From positions 11,727 to 75,726 of the IMG/VR virus record IMGVR_UViG_3300031760_000033: DNA of 64,000 bases; one strand, written 5' to 3'. The notes under the pieces are model-generated. The model was not told the origin of the DNA. It ran no database searches and saw only the letters and a list, made by a program, of their open reading frames with translations. Shown piece by piece: positions 1 to 10,200 of the stretch; position 1 is the first letter of the stretch, and every line of letters starts with the position of its first letter. Source of the stretch: a virus. Lineage: Duplodnaviria; Caudoviricetes. Made by a program: the position numbers and the translations under genes.

Positions 1-8
1 ATGCAATC

Positions 9-3000
9 GTGCGAGGGGTTGGAATAAGCAAAGATGCGTTCAGGAGTTTGGTGTCGGAGCTGTCTGGCACAGACATTAAGGGCGCCAGAACCATTGACAT
101 CGTAACGAGGTTGGTTGACGAAAATGGGAGAAAGCTCACCCCGGCATCCATCAAGGCTACAATAGAAAATATCACAAAGGACAATAAGCCACAAACACTT
201 GGCCTTTTCCAATACAAGACGTCCGACCTGAACACTCTGCAACAGATGTTGGCCATGTCGAAGAAAGATGCTGCGGATTTGTTATCCACAGTCTTAAAGA
301 TTTCAAACACTTCGGTTGGACTTAATAAAACACAAGGAACTGCCTATAGCAATGCTTTGGCAAGTAGAATAAAAGAAGAGGCTAGGGCCAGAAATAAAAT
401 AATAAAGCTCCAAGAAAGGCAGCTTCAACTAGAGCAAGCAATCGACAGGGCCTCTTCAAACAAAAGTGGGAAAACCAAGTTTGAGGGTCAGATGAGGTCT
501 GTTGCCGACCTCAATAAGGAGTTAGCAAAAACAGCCAGACTGATAAGCCAACAGAATGCCATCCTTCAAGGCTCAGGTAGAGGTCAGAATGTTGCAAAAG
601 CATTGGGCCTTGGGACTGCCAAAAAGGAAGCTGATATGCTCAACAATTCGTTAAGCAAAACAATCGGTTTGGCACAGCGTCTTGGGTATGCGTTTGGCAT
701 TGCTTTCTCTGCTCAGGGCCTTGTTCAGTTCGGGCGTAAGCTGGTTGAAACGAGAGGCGAATTTGAGTTGCAGCAGGTCGCGTTGCGGTCGATTTTGCAG
801 AATAAACAGGTTGCTGACGAAATATGGGACAAGACGATGCAAGCGGCCCTCCAGTCGCCATTCACTGCAATGCAGTTGACGAAATATACAAAGCAGCTGG
901 CGGCTTATCGCATCGAGACAGAAAAGCTATTTGATACAACAAAACGTCTCGCTGACGTGTCTGCCGGTCTCGGTGTCGATATGCAGCGCTTAATTCTTGC
1001 TTATGGTCAGGTAAAAGCTGCAAATTACCTCCGTGCGTCAGAAATCCGTCAGTTTACAGAGGCTGGCGTGAATATTCTCGGTGAATTATCAACATACCTG
1101 TCAAAGACGAGAGGCGAAATGATTTCGACCGCACAGGTTATGGATATGGTCCAGAAGAGGATGGTTAAATTTGAAGATGTTGAGGCAATCTTCAAAAGAA
1201 TGACCGACGCTGGTGGAATCTTCTACGAAATGCAATATATTCAATCTCAAACCGTGAAAGGTCAGTTGAATAAACTGCATGATGCGTATGACCAGATGCT
1301 TAACAATATCGGTAAGGCCAATCAGGGAGCCATTCGCGATTTGGTTGGCTTGCTGAACAATATAGTCAAAAACTGGAGAGAATGGAAGACTGTTATTGAC
1401 CTTATAGCATGGCCTCTGATTATATCCACAATATACAAATTCGGAAGAGGTCTTATGTATGCTAATGCCTCTGCCATTCTCACAAAGAAAAGTATCAACG
1501 GTGTAACTAGGGCTGGAGCAAGGATGCAGGTGATGATGAAAAGCCTTTACACAACAATGGCTAGCAACCCGTGGTTGGCCATAGCGATAGCAATAGCAGC
1601 AGCGACAGTTGCTCTTATCAATCATGCAAAACAGGTGAAGTTTGTGCAGGACCAGATAATGGAGCAGAATACTAGATTGTATGAGACTCAGGAGCAACTT
1701 AAAGGGTATCAGACTACTATTGAGAACAACAACAAAGCCATCAAAGATAACAAGACGGCAACTGACTCTAACAAACTATCAACTGACGAGTTAAACAAGA
1801 AAAAAGAAGAGAATAGGGAAATACTCGCAAAACTCACAAACGACTATCCTGAGCTTGTGAAAAACATGAAGCTCGAAGAGGATGGAACGATTACTCTCAC
1901 TGACGCAATCACCAAATATAACGATGAGTTGGAGCGTCAGATGACACTAAAGAATATTTTGGCCCAAAATTCTGGCGGTAGCTGGCTCGGAGATTTATTC
2001 TCCGATACTTATACGACCAATCTCACAGAATACATGGAAGGATTGAGTAAATTGAAAGGAGAGTTGATTTCCGCTCAATCTATGGCCACTACACTTCAAA
2101 TGAGAATGCACCTTGCGGGAGAGGACAATCTTCCGTTCTATGGTGCCCTCAAACAGATTAAGGATTTGGATTTGTCAGACATTGAGAAAGCTGCCGGGCA
2201 ATATCGTAATATTATCCAAAGCCTTTATTCTGACGTTCTTACAGGATATACCGGTGAGCATAATACGCCTGTGTACGAGCGTAGTTATGTCGGCGGTGCA
2301 AAGAAATATATGTCTGAACTTCCTCAACTATCCTCGTTTCCGCATGATGCTCCTACGGCAAAAAAAGCAATGGAGGAAAATGCAGATGTGTTTATGGGGA
2401 TGTTTGAGGAAAGTATATCTCAAATATCTGATTATGAGAAGATAATAACCGAAAAATATAACGGTGATGTAGCGGCCTTTATTGCAGACAATACTGAACT
2501 TATCAACAAAGGTATTGTGGAGGGGAATGCAGATGTTGTTTCCACTATCCGTACAGTCTTGCAAACTCAGGGGGGCGCCACCACAAAAGAGGCTAAAGTC
2601 TGGTATAACAAAGTATTGAACGAATATCTTACATTTCATAACGCTCATGCTAAAATAGCCGCTTTGGAGGCACAGGTTTCAGCCGAAAGAGAGAAAAAAT
2701 ACAAGAATCAGGACCACCAGTTGATAGCTGATGCACAGAGAGAGATTGAAGAGATTAAAAATTCTCTCATTGGTGTCGAGGAAATTGATTTCTTTGCATC
2801 ATCGGCTAAGACAAATACCAATGGTACTGGCGGTGAAGACGGGAAGGGAGATAAGACCAAAGAGAACGCAAGTCGTATGCTGTCCCTGATTAAAGAAATG
2901 AGGTCAGAGTATGACAAGCTGGCCAAGTCTGCATACGGATATGCAAAGAGTGAGGCAACTGTAAGAGAGTCGTATAAGCAGTCGGTTAAAGAGATTTTGG

Positions 3001-5696
3001 GTAAGGCAGGTATAACCGACTACGACTTTACTACCAATGCAGGAATGATTGCTGCGCTTGAAAAGGTAATGGAATATGCCACAAAGTTAGGCCCCGAGGC
3101 TGCCGCAGAAGTACAAAAGTACATTGACCAACTTGAAACAGAAATAACCATCAATGCACAAGTGCGCATCCGCGAGGACTTCGGACGCCAGATGGAGGAG
3201 GCTTTCAATGACTACGACCTCACACTCGAATTGCAAAACCTCGGAATCTCTGAGGATATGGCGAAAAACCTTTTCCCAGACTTGGACTACACATCCATAG
3301 GCAAGTTGCAGGAGATAATGAAGGATTTTTATGACTCCCGCCAAACAAAAGACGAGAAGGGAAATGTATTATTTTCCGTGAAAGACTTGGAGGAGTACAG
3401 GAAGTGGGCTGACAAAATTGACGCCGAAATACTTAAAGCCAGAAAAGAGAAGGTAAAGCAGTACAGTAAATACCTCGAAAAAGAGTATAGCGAGAGGGCT
3501 AAACTGGAAATGAAACACGCGCAGGATATTGCCTTCGTAACTGCAAATATTACTGATAAGGCCCAGCGTAAGAATATTATAGAAAATATAAACAGAAAGT
3601 ATCAAAACGACCTGAATGACTTAAACTGGAGGTCGTTCAAAGAGAGTGATTTTTATGTGGAAATGATGGACGATATATCATCACTCCCAAGAGAATATAT
3701 GCAGATGATGCTTGATAAAATTGAGGAGATTTTACAGCATCCAGAGACTCTCTCGCCCCGTGCTTTGAAAGAAGCCATCAATGCTCGTCAAAAGGTTTTA
3801 GAAGCCCAAATGAACTTGGAACCTTTGGATGTTATGCGCTCTTCCCTTACAACTATAAGGGAGGCTCAGCAGGATAAAGAGGTTGGTGGTAAGAATTGGA
3901 AACAAACCAAAGAAAACATCAATAAGGCTGTAGCGGAACAAGCTGAACTGATACAAGGTTATGACAACGAGATACAGCGTTTGCAGACTTTGCAGGGTGA
4001 ACTTGCTGGGTACGAAAAAGCCTTGGAGAACTTACAGAAGGCTGATTCAAATGTTGATATTCCTCTACTGAATAGAGTTCTCGGACTTGACGAGAATGGC
4101 AAGATAACATCAATGGAAGACCTGTCGGATGATGCAATACAGGAAGCCATTGACCGATTGACAACAGAAAACACTCAGGAAAAAGCAAAATACGATGCGA
4201 CCGTTCAGACTGATGAAATGAACGCTCGTGCGGTAGAAATCAGTGATAGAGAAAGGATAATAAAGTTACTTACCGATGAGTTGACAGCGAGAAGAGAGCT
4301 TTCAAATTATCAGATGTCAGATGCAGCAACCACGGCTGTCGCAACTGGCCAAACATCAACAAGTGTTGGCTCTGAGATTCAGGTTGTTCAAGGTAAAAAA
4401 GACACTTCTGTAAAAAAGATACAGAATTTCAAGCAATATCTTGAAGCGTTCACCCAATTTGATGCCGCGTTTGCAAAGTTTAATGCTGCAATCAATTCTA
4501 CATTGAACGCTGTTGCTGGTATGGGTAACGCTTTCTATGATATGTTCGATGCTCTTGGATGTAAGACCGATGCTCTGACAGAAGGATGGAAAGAGTTTGG
4601 CAATACGATGATTAGTAGTATTACCAATGCCCTCACAATGATACCGATGATGGTCGCGGCATTTACCGCAGCCGGCATAGCTATCAATTCTGCTATGAGT
4701 ATCATCGGTCTTATCGCCGAAGCTCTGAACTTGCTGATGACCGCTATTACTGCAATATCCAAACTGCACGATGCTGGGTATGAGAAGGAGATTGAGAACC
4801 AGCAAAAGAAGATTGATGAGTTGAAATCTGCCTATGAGCGTCTGGAGAAGGCCATAGAGAAGACTTGGACCACGATGTCCTATATCGACACCTACAATCA
4901 GCAGGTCGAGAATATCAAGCAGCAGATAGAGGCTCTGGAGGCCCAGCGTAGCGCAGAAAACTCCAAAAAGAACACTGATGAGGACAAGATACGCGAGTAC
5001 GGCGACTCCATACAAGAGGCATACGACGAACTGGAGGAACTGGAGCAGAAGCGTATCGAGGTGTTCGGCGGTGTCGGAGAGGTCAACTACAGGAGTGCTG
5101 CCGAGGAATTTGTCTCTGCATGGAAGGATGCCTTCCTTGAAACCGGCGACGGTCTGGAGGCATTGCAGGAACATTTCGATGAGTTCTTGCAGGAGTGGTT
5201 TGTGAAACAGGCCACGATGCGTATTGCCGGTGCTATGCTGGAACGTACTTTCCGAATGATTGACGAATCGGTCAATGAGAGTAGCGAGGGTGGTGTGGCC
5301 GTTACTATGGCAGAACTACAGGCCATCCGGGATGAGTTTGCTACTCAGGCCCCGCTTATCTCCGAGGCTTTGGAGGAGTTGGCTGGTATGTGGGACCTCG
5401 GTAACGGAGAAGGCTCTCTCAGCGGCCTTGCAGCCGGCATACAGGGCATGACCGAAGAACAAGCAAATATCCTCGAAGCATATTGGAACAGTGTCAGGAT
5501 GTACACTGCAAACCTCGATGTGAATGTCGAGCGTATTGCCAATATTCTTGGCGCCGGCGGCTCCGCAACCAACCCTCAGTTACAGCAGTTGCAGATAATA
5601 GCGCAGCACACTCAGGCCATTCATACACTGCTTGACAGTGTTACAAGAAGCGGACATCCGCAGGGAGGTCTTGGTATAAAGGTGTTTAACAACTAA
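9..5696 (+). CDS. Tail tape measure protein (probably 5'-truncated by the window edge)
   Basis: 1895 aa, helical/coiled-coil; TMP_3-like segment LRSIL...SPF...RLADVSAGLGVDMQRLILAYGQVKA...EIRQFTEAGVNI; hydrophobic A/I-rich stretches; frame is open to position 3. Confidence 0.92.
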   Translation: MRGVGISKDAFRSLVSELSGTDIKGARTIDIVTRLVDENGRKLTPASIKATIENITKDNKPQTLGLFQYKTSDLNTLQQMLAMSKKDAADLLSTVLKISNTSVGLNKTQGTAYSNALASRIKEEARARNKIIKLQERQLQLEQAIDRASSNKSGKTKFEGQMRSVADLNKELAKTARLISQQNAILQGSGRGQNVAKALGLGTAKKEADMLNNSLSKTIGLAQRLGYAFGIAFSAQGLVQFGRKLVETRGEFELQQVALRSILQNKQVADEIWDKTMQAALQSPFTAMQLTKYTKQLAAYRIETEKLFDTTKRLADVSAGLGVDMQRLILAYGQVKAANYLRASEIRQFTEAGVNILGELSTYLSKTRGEMISTAQVMDMVQKRMVKFEDVEAIFKRMTDAGGIFYEMQYIQSQTVKGQLNKLHDAYDQMLNNIGKANQGAIRDLVGLLNNIVKNWREWKTVIDLIAWPLIISTIYKFGRGLMYANASAILTKKSINGVTRAGARMQVMMKSLYTTMASNPWLAIAIAIAAATVALINHAKQVKFVQDQIMEQNTRLYETQEQLKGYQTTIENNNKAIKDNKTATDSNKLSTDELNKKKEENREILAKLTNDYPELVKNMKLEEDGTITLTDAITKYNDELERQMTLKNILAQNSGGSWLGDLFSDTYTTNLTEYMEGLSKLKGELISAQSMATTLQMRMHLAGEDNLPFYGALKQIKDLDLSDIEKAAGQYRNIIQSLYSDVLTGYTGEHNTPVYERSYVGGAKKYMSELPQLSSFPHDAPTAKKAMEENADVFMGMFEESISQISDYEKIITEKYNGDVAAFIADNTELINKGIVEGNADVVSTIRTVLQTQGGATTKEAKVWYNKVLNEYLTFHNAHAKIAALEAQVSAEREKKYKNQDHQLIADAQREIEEIKNSLIGVEEIDFFASSAKTNTNGTGGEDGKGDKTKENASRMLSLIKEMRSEYDKLAKSAYGYAKSEATVRESYKQSVKEILGKAGITDYDFTTNAGMIAALEKVMEYATKLGPEAAAEVQKYIDQLETEITINAQVRIREDFGRQMEEAFNDYDLTLELQNLGISEDMAKNLFPDLDYTSIGKLQEIMKDFYDSRQTKDEKGNVLFSVKDLEEYRKWADKIDAEILKARKEKVKQYSKYLEKEYSERAKLEMKHAQDIAFVTANITDKAQRKNIIENINRKYQNDLNDLNWRSFKESDFYVEMMDDISSLPREYMQMMLDKIEEILQHPETLSPRALKEAINARQKVLEAQMNLEPLDVMRSSLTTIREAQQDKEVGGKNWKQTKENINKAVAEQAELIQGYDNEIQRLQTLQGELAGYEKALENLQKADSNVDIPLLNRVLGLDENGKITSMEDLSDDAIQEAIDRLTTENTQEKAKYDATVQTDEMNARAVEISDRERIIKLLTDELTARRELSNYQMSDAATTAVATGQTSTSVGSEIQVVQGKKDTSVKKIQNFKQYLEAFTQFDAAFAKFNAAINSTLNAVAGMGNAFYDMFDALGCKTDALTEGWKEFGNTMISSITNALTMIPMMVAAFTAAGIAINSAMSIIGLIAEALNLLMTAITAISKLHDAGYEKEIENQQKKIDELKSAYERLEKAIEKTWTTMSYIDTYNQQVENIKQQIEALEAQRSAENSKKNTDEDKIREYGDSIQEAYDELEELEQKRIEVFGGVGEVNYRSAAEEFVSAWKDAFLETGDGLEALQEHFDEFLQEWFVKQATMRIAGAMLERTFRMIDESVNESSEGGVAVTMAELQAIRDEFATQAPLISEALEELAGMWDLGNGEGSLSGLAAGIQGMTEEQANILEAYWNSVRMYTANLDVNVERIANILGAGGSATNPQLQQLQIIAQHTQAIHTLLDSVTRSGHPQGGLGIKVFNN

Positions 5697-5708
5697 AAAC
5701 AAAATACA

Positions 5709-6272
5709 ATGGCAGACATTAACATCCTATCACCATTCATCCTCTCCTTCGAGGGAGGTTTTGCTAACCACCCGGCAGACAAGGGCGGTGCGACTAACAA
5801 AGGGGTCACGATTGCCACATGGCGTAAAGTTGGTTACGACAAGGATGGCGACGGCGACATCGACGTGGACGACCTGAAACTGATAACCGACCAAGAGGCT
5901 GTTGATGCAGTTCTCAGGCCCCACTACTGGAACCGCTGGAAGGCCGACCAAATCAAGAGTCAGTCTCTCGCGAACATCCTTGTCGATTGGGTTTGGGGTA
6001 GCGGCGCACACGGAATCAAGATACCACAGCAGCTCCTCGACGTTCCGGCTGACGGCATTGTCGGCCCGCAAACTCTCGCGGCCCTCAACGCCAAGAAGCC
6101 GGAGGCTTTCTTCAATCTCATCAAGAACAGAAGGGAGCAATTCTTCAATACCATCGTCAAAAAAGACCCGTCTCAGAAGGTATTTTTGAAAGGATGGCTG
6201 AGAAGACTCAATTCGATAAACTTTGGTTATCTGAAAGATAACCGTGGTCGAGTCATTCGGTTCAAAGAATAA
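5709..6272 (+). CDS. Endolysin, glycoside hydrolase family 108 with C-terminal PG-binding domain
   Basis: EGGFANHPADKGGATNKGVT catalytic motif; C-terminal FLKGWLRR; DKDGDGDID Ca-binding-like loop. Confidence 0.93.
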   Translation: MADINILSPFILSFEGGFANHPADKGGATNKGVTIATWRKVGYDKDGDGDIDVDDLKLITDQEAVDAVLRPHYWNRWKADQIKSQSLANILVDWVWGSGAHGIKIPQQLLDVPADGIVGPQTLAALNAKKPEAFFNLIKNRREQFFNTIVKKDPSQKVFLKGWLRRLNSINFGYLKDNRGRVIRFKE

Positions 6273-6296
6273 TTTTCGCAAGTTGAAATATTTTTG

Positions 6297-6304
6297 TATT
6301 TTTG
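6297..6304 (+). promoter_or_regulatory. Bacteroidota sigma-A -7 promoter box (TATTTTTG)
   Basis: Matches TAnnTTTG followed by CA in the intergenic gap upstream of 6347. Confidence 0.6.
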
Positions 6305-6346
6305 CAGCGAAATAGGTTCAACTAACACTTAAAATAAACAAACGCA

Positions 6347-6757
6347 ATGTGGTGGCAAACAATCATTATCGACGTCCTTTCAGTGACATCAATTCTTAGC
6401 ATTATTGCTATGATTCGGTTCTGGAAACAGAACAAGAAACTCAAAGACAATGAGGTAAAACTCAAAGACAGCGAAGTGGCCCAATCGAATGTCGAGGCCC
6501 AGAAATCAGAAATCAGCTTGGCGAACCTCTATAAAGAGGAAATGCTGAAAGTCATTAACTTACTGAAAGAATCCGAGACCAAAAACCTCGGTAATCAGAA
6601 GGAAATGATGGTGACATTGAAGAACCTCGACAGCCGGATGGAGCGTATGGAGTTGAAGGTCGGCGATATAGAAAGTTACCTCAACGGACCGTACCATAGG
6701 TATCTTGCTGACAAAGAGCAGGAACAGGCACAGCACGAACAAAAAGAGGCACAGTAG
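6347..6757 (+). CDS. Putative holin (one N-terminal TM helix plus coiled coil)
   Basis: IIIDVLSVTSILSIIAMIRFW TM segment; lies between endolysin and spanin-like gene. Confidence 0.55.
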   Translation: MWWQTIIIDVLSVTSILSIIAMIRFWKQNKKLKDNEVKLKDSEVAQSNVEAQKSEISLANLYKEEMLKVINLLKESETKNLGNQKEMMVTLKNLDSRMERMELKVGDIESYLNGPYHRYLADKEQEQAQHEQKEAQ

Positions 6758-6758
6758 T

Positions 6759-7283
6759 ATGCGAGACGGTTTTCTTTCATGTCATAATAGTTTTTTATTG
6801 GTTAGCGGTTTGAGAAAAGCCGCACTGGTGGCAGCATTGATTTGTCTGGCTATCAGTGCGGTCTCTTGCCGTTCTGTCAAGGAGGTACAGATAGTAACTG
6901 ACACTTTGGCAGTACACGACACAACCGAGGTCTTCGTCCATGACACAACGAAGATAAAGGAGGTCCGATACGACAGTATCGACCGCTTTGTTGAGAAGAC
7001 CGTGTACGTTGACACCAATGGCGTTGTGCATGAAAAGGAGGTCGAGAAGCTCACCCGCTATATCTATTTGCAGGATGAGCAGTACAAGGTGATGGAGTCC
7101 TATTACAAGAAAAAGGTCTCTGAGCTGGAGAAGAAGCTCGAAGAGAAGGCAAAAGTGGAGTATGTGGAGAAGGAGCTAAACTGGTTCCAGAAGACGATGA
7201 TTGGGCTTGGGTGGTGCTTCATAGCCGCGATTGTAATTTCAGGTATATGCCTGTACTTCAAATTGAAAAGAAAGGTAACATAA
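6759..7283 (+). CDS. Putative unimolecular spanin (lipoprotein signal plus C-terminal TM)
   Basis: (M)RKAALVAALICLAISAVS-C lipobox (probable start TTG 6810); beta-rich middle; C-terminal TM MIGLGWCFIAAIVISGICLYF then KLKRK; T1 gp11-type architecture. Confidence 0.65.
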   Translation: MRDGFLSCHNSFLLVSGLRKAALVAALICLAISAVSCRSVKEVQIVTDTLAVHDTTEVFVHDTTKIKEVRYDSIDRFVEKTVYVDTNGVVHEKEVEKLTRYIYLQDEQYKVMESYYKKKVSELEKKLEEKAKVEYVEKELNWFQKTMIGLGWCFIAAIVISGICLYFKLKRKVT

Positions 7284-7284
7284 C

Positions 7285-10200
7285 ATGAAGGAGAGGTTTT
7301 TGACCGTACTTGTCCCTGTCAAGGATAGCGACGTAACGCAGACATATCAAACGATGGCTGCGCTGCTTGCAAATGTTACACCGAGCATCGCCAACATCAA
7401 CAATATTTATGCCGTCGGCGCTCCTGTTTACAGCTATATGCGTACATGGCTCAATCCTGCCACAAACCAATACGAATTTCATCAGGTGGTTGACCGTGAG
7501 TTCCCGCACATTGGAAAGCCTCTCGAAATATTTGACTTCACCTATGATGCCACCCGTATGGGTTCGGCACCCACTATTACGGCTCAGGGTGTTATGTGGT
7601 ATGCTGACAAGGATTCCAGCGGCAACGACGTAACGCTGGAGGGCCTGTGGAGTCAGGAGTGCCATGTCAGTTTCAATGGCGAAAATTTCTATTTGAAACA
7701 GATACCCACGTCGAGTAAATCAAATGAGGACGCCAGATATAAATACGACATAGATTTCGTGTCTGAGCGCGTTGTTTTGGAGCGTGTGTACCTCTATGAC
7801 GTTGTGCAGCCGTTCGTGTCCTCCAAGCCTATTTCTGAGAGTGCTCAGTTCAGCTTCTATGGCGACATTACTGAGCTTGCAAAGCGCATCAATGCTAGCT
7901 TGCTTAGAAGCGGTTTGGCTTCTATTGCCCTGAGACCCGGAGTAACACCAGGAAGCTACCTGACATACGAAGAGTTCAACTCTGTGGGCCTCGGCACCTA
8001 TACTGGCACGAAGGACACCAGCGACCCATACCCGATTGTTTCGGGAGAAATGCAGTCGTACATCCATTATCCTCATGCCAATATCTACGAGCATTTTGGA
8101 GGCAATTACACCAAGTATTTGCTTAACCTTGTTTATTTTGTAGACAATCCTCAATCGTATCATATCGGCCCCGCAACCGGCGGCTATGATGAAATTTACG
8201 ACGGAGAACCGCGCTTGTCTGGATATAAATGCCTTATAGGTAAAGACAAGAAGGGTGTTATAACAACTTCCGAAGAGAAGCTTATTACTTTCGAGAATAA
8301 CACTATTCACGAGGCATTGCAGCAGTTCCATGACACATTTGGTCTGCAATACTATATCTTTCGCGATACAGATTCCAATGGTGATTTCACTGGCGATACC
8401 ATAATCATGGTAGCTGACTGCCAACACGATTTTGCCGATTGGGACGCTAATGCCGCTTCTGGAGAAGGTGATTACACCCGCGACAGTGATGGTATTCCTA
8501 CCACTACACATCCGTTCGACTATGGCGTTGAAGATGCTCTTCTGTCAAAGGAGAAAACAAACACCACTGACAAGATTATTACCCGGATTACCGGCGTGGG
8601 CAGCGAGGAGAATATACCTTGGTACTATCCCAACCCAAATGCGGACGGGTGGATTAGGCCGATGTATATGACGAATGGCGTAGAACAGTCTACGGCTATC
8701 AATTATCCTACGTCAGAAGGTACAACTGTAGCTGATTCTGTCAGGTACGAAAAATACCTAAAAAACAGAGTAACAGACGTATTCCAATTTGGCAAAAAGA
8801 TATGTACTGTAAATAAAAAAGCAAGTCTCGTAAGCAAATTCTCAACTTACACATCTTATGTAGACGAGACGTCAGCTAGACTTTGCTACGATTTCACATT
8901 GTCGTATGATGCTAGAATAAAATCCGATGGATTCTCATTAACAGGCTTATCAGCTTCAATAACATACTACCTATTTAAGGGAACGACGAACGTTACGGCG
9001 TCCGGAAACGCATTCTTAATCAATGGCGGTAGCGGGACATTGGAAGCTGGTGATTATCATCTTATCATAAACATAACATTCTCTGGTACAGGTCCAACAC
9101 CTGTAACTTCGGTTACGAAATACTATTATCCGGCAAAGAATCGAATTTGCGGATGGATAGATACATTTGGATTCGGAAACCTGAATGGGGCATTGGCAAT
9201 GGGCTTGGGAGTATTAGCGTTATCTGCTGTCATATCCGACTTATGTACAGGAGGTTTTGCTTGCCATTTACCGAGCTTCTTCTCTACTAATCCAAACTTA
9301 ACTTGGAATAACAGTTCCGATGGCTCAAAGATGGGTTGGTATGATGGCAACAGACGAATTGCTATTAGCGAAATGGAGTTTTGTGAGGCTAATTCTGAAA
9401 CATACGCCTTTATGGGTGGTAGTGGAGAGAAAGCTCTGGGTGTCGATGATGTGTACAAGGTGACTTGTGATAATGATACTTGGGTGTCATCTTATAACCT
9501 ACAGCTTAAGGGAATACAGTGGGACGATTGGGGTGACATCTATAGCCTATATATGGATTGGGTGAACGGTTTGCGGGCATCAAAACGCTCGGCTACTTCT
9601 ATTGAAGAGGTTGATGTCAGCGTAGACTCTTTTGTAAACAACAATGTGGCATTCGGTCTTACAGGGTACTTAACTGATGGATGGTATAAGAATAATAAAA
9701 AGTATGCTCTCGCTGATTTCGGAATCACTAACGAATCCACGCTAAATCAAAACGCTGACGTATTTGATACTATTGAATTTCAGCGTGTAAAATACGTTAC
9801 GCCGCAGACGCGGCTTATGCCAGAGTTGTATATCAAGACCGATGGAGAACGTCGTTTTTACAATGCTCATAACTACTATGTCAATGGAAGTCTTCTGACT
9901 GGAACAGCCGACCCGATGATAGGAGAGGTGCAGTCTGGCACAAAGGTCAAGAATCCTCTGTATAAGGAGAAAGAAACGGATGCAGATAACAAGCATTATC
10001 AGTTTGAAAATGAATACGTCCAGATAATGCCGCATGAGCATATTGAGGAGTTCGATGATGTAAAACCGACCATCAAGGGTCAGCAAAGCTATATTCGTGC
10101 TTATCCAACAGAAGACGATTTTTATCTCGACCCAACATCTTTCTATGAGAAGATTCAGGGGCAATATATTCAATGCACTACCGAAACGGTTTATAGCGAC

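Noticed and set aside
5844-5876. EF-hand-like DKDGDGDIDVDD loop in the endolysin as a novelty
   Set aside because: A common insertion in Bacteroidota GH108 lysins, so not distinctive.
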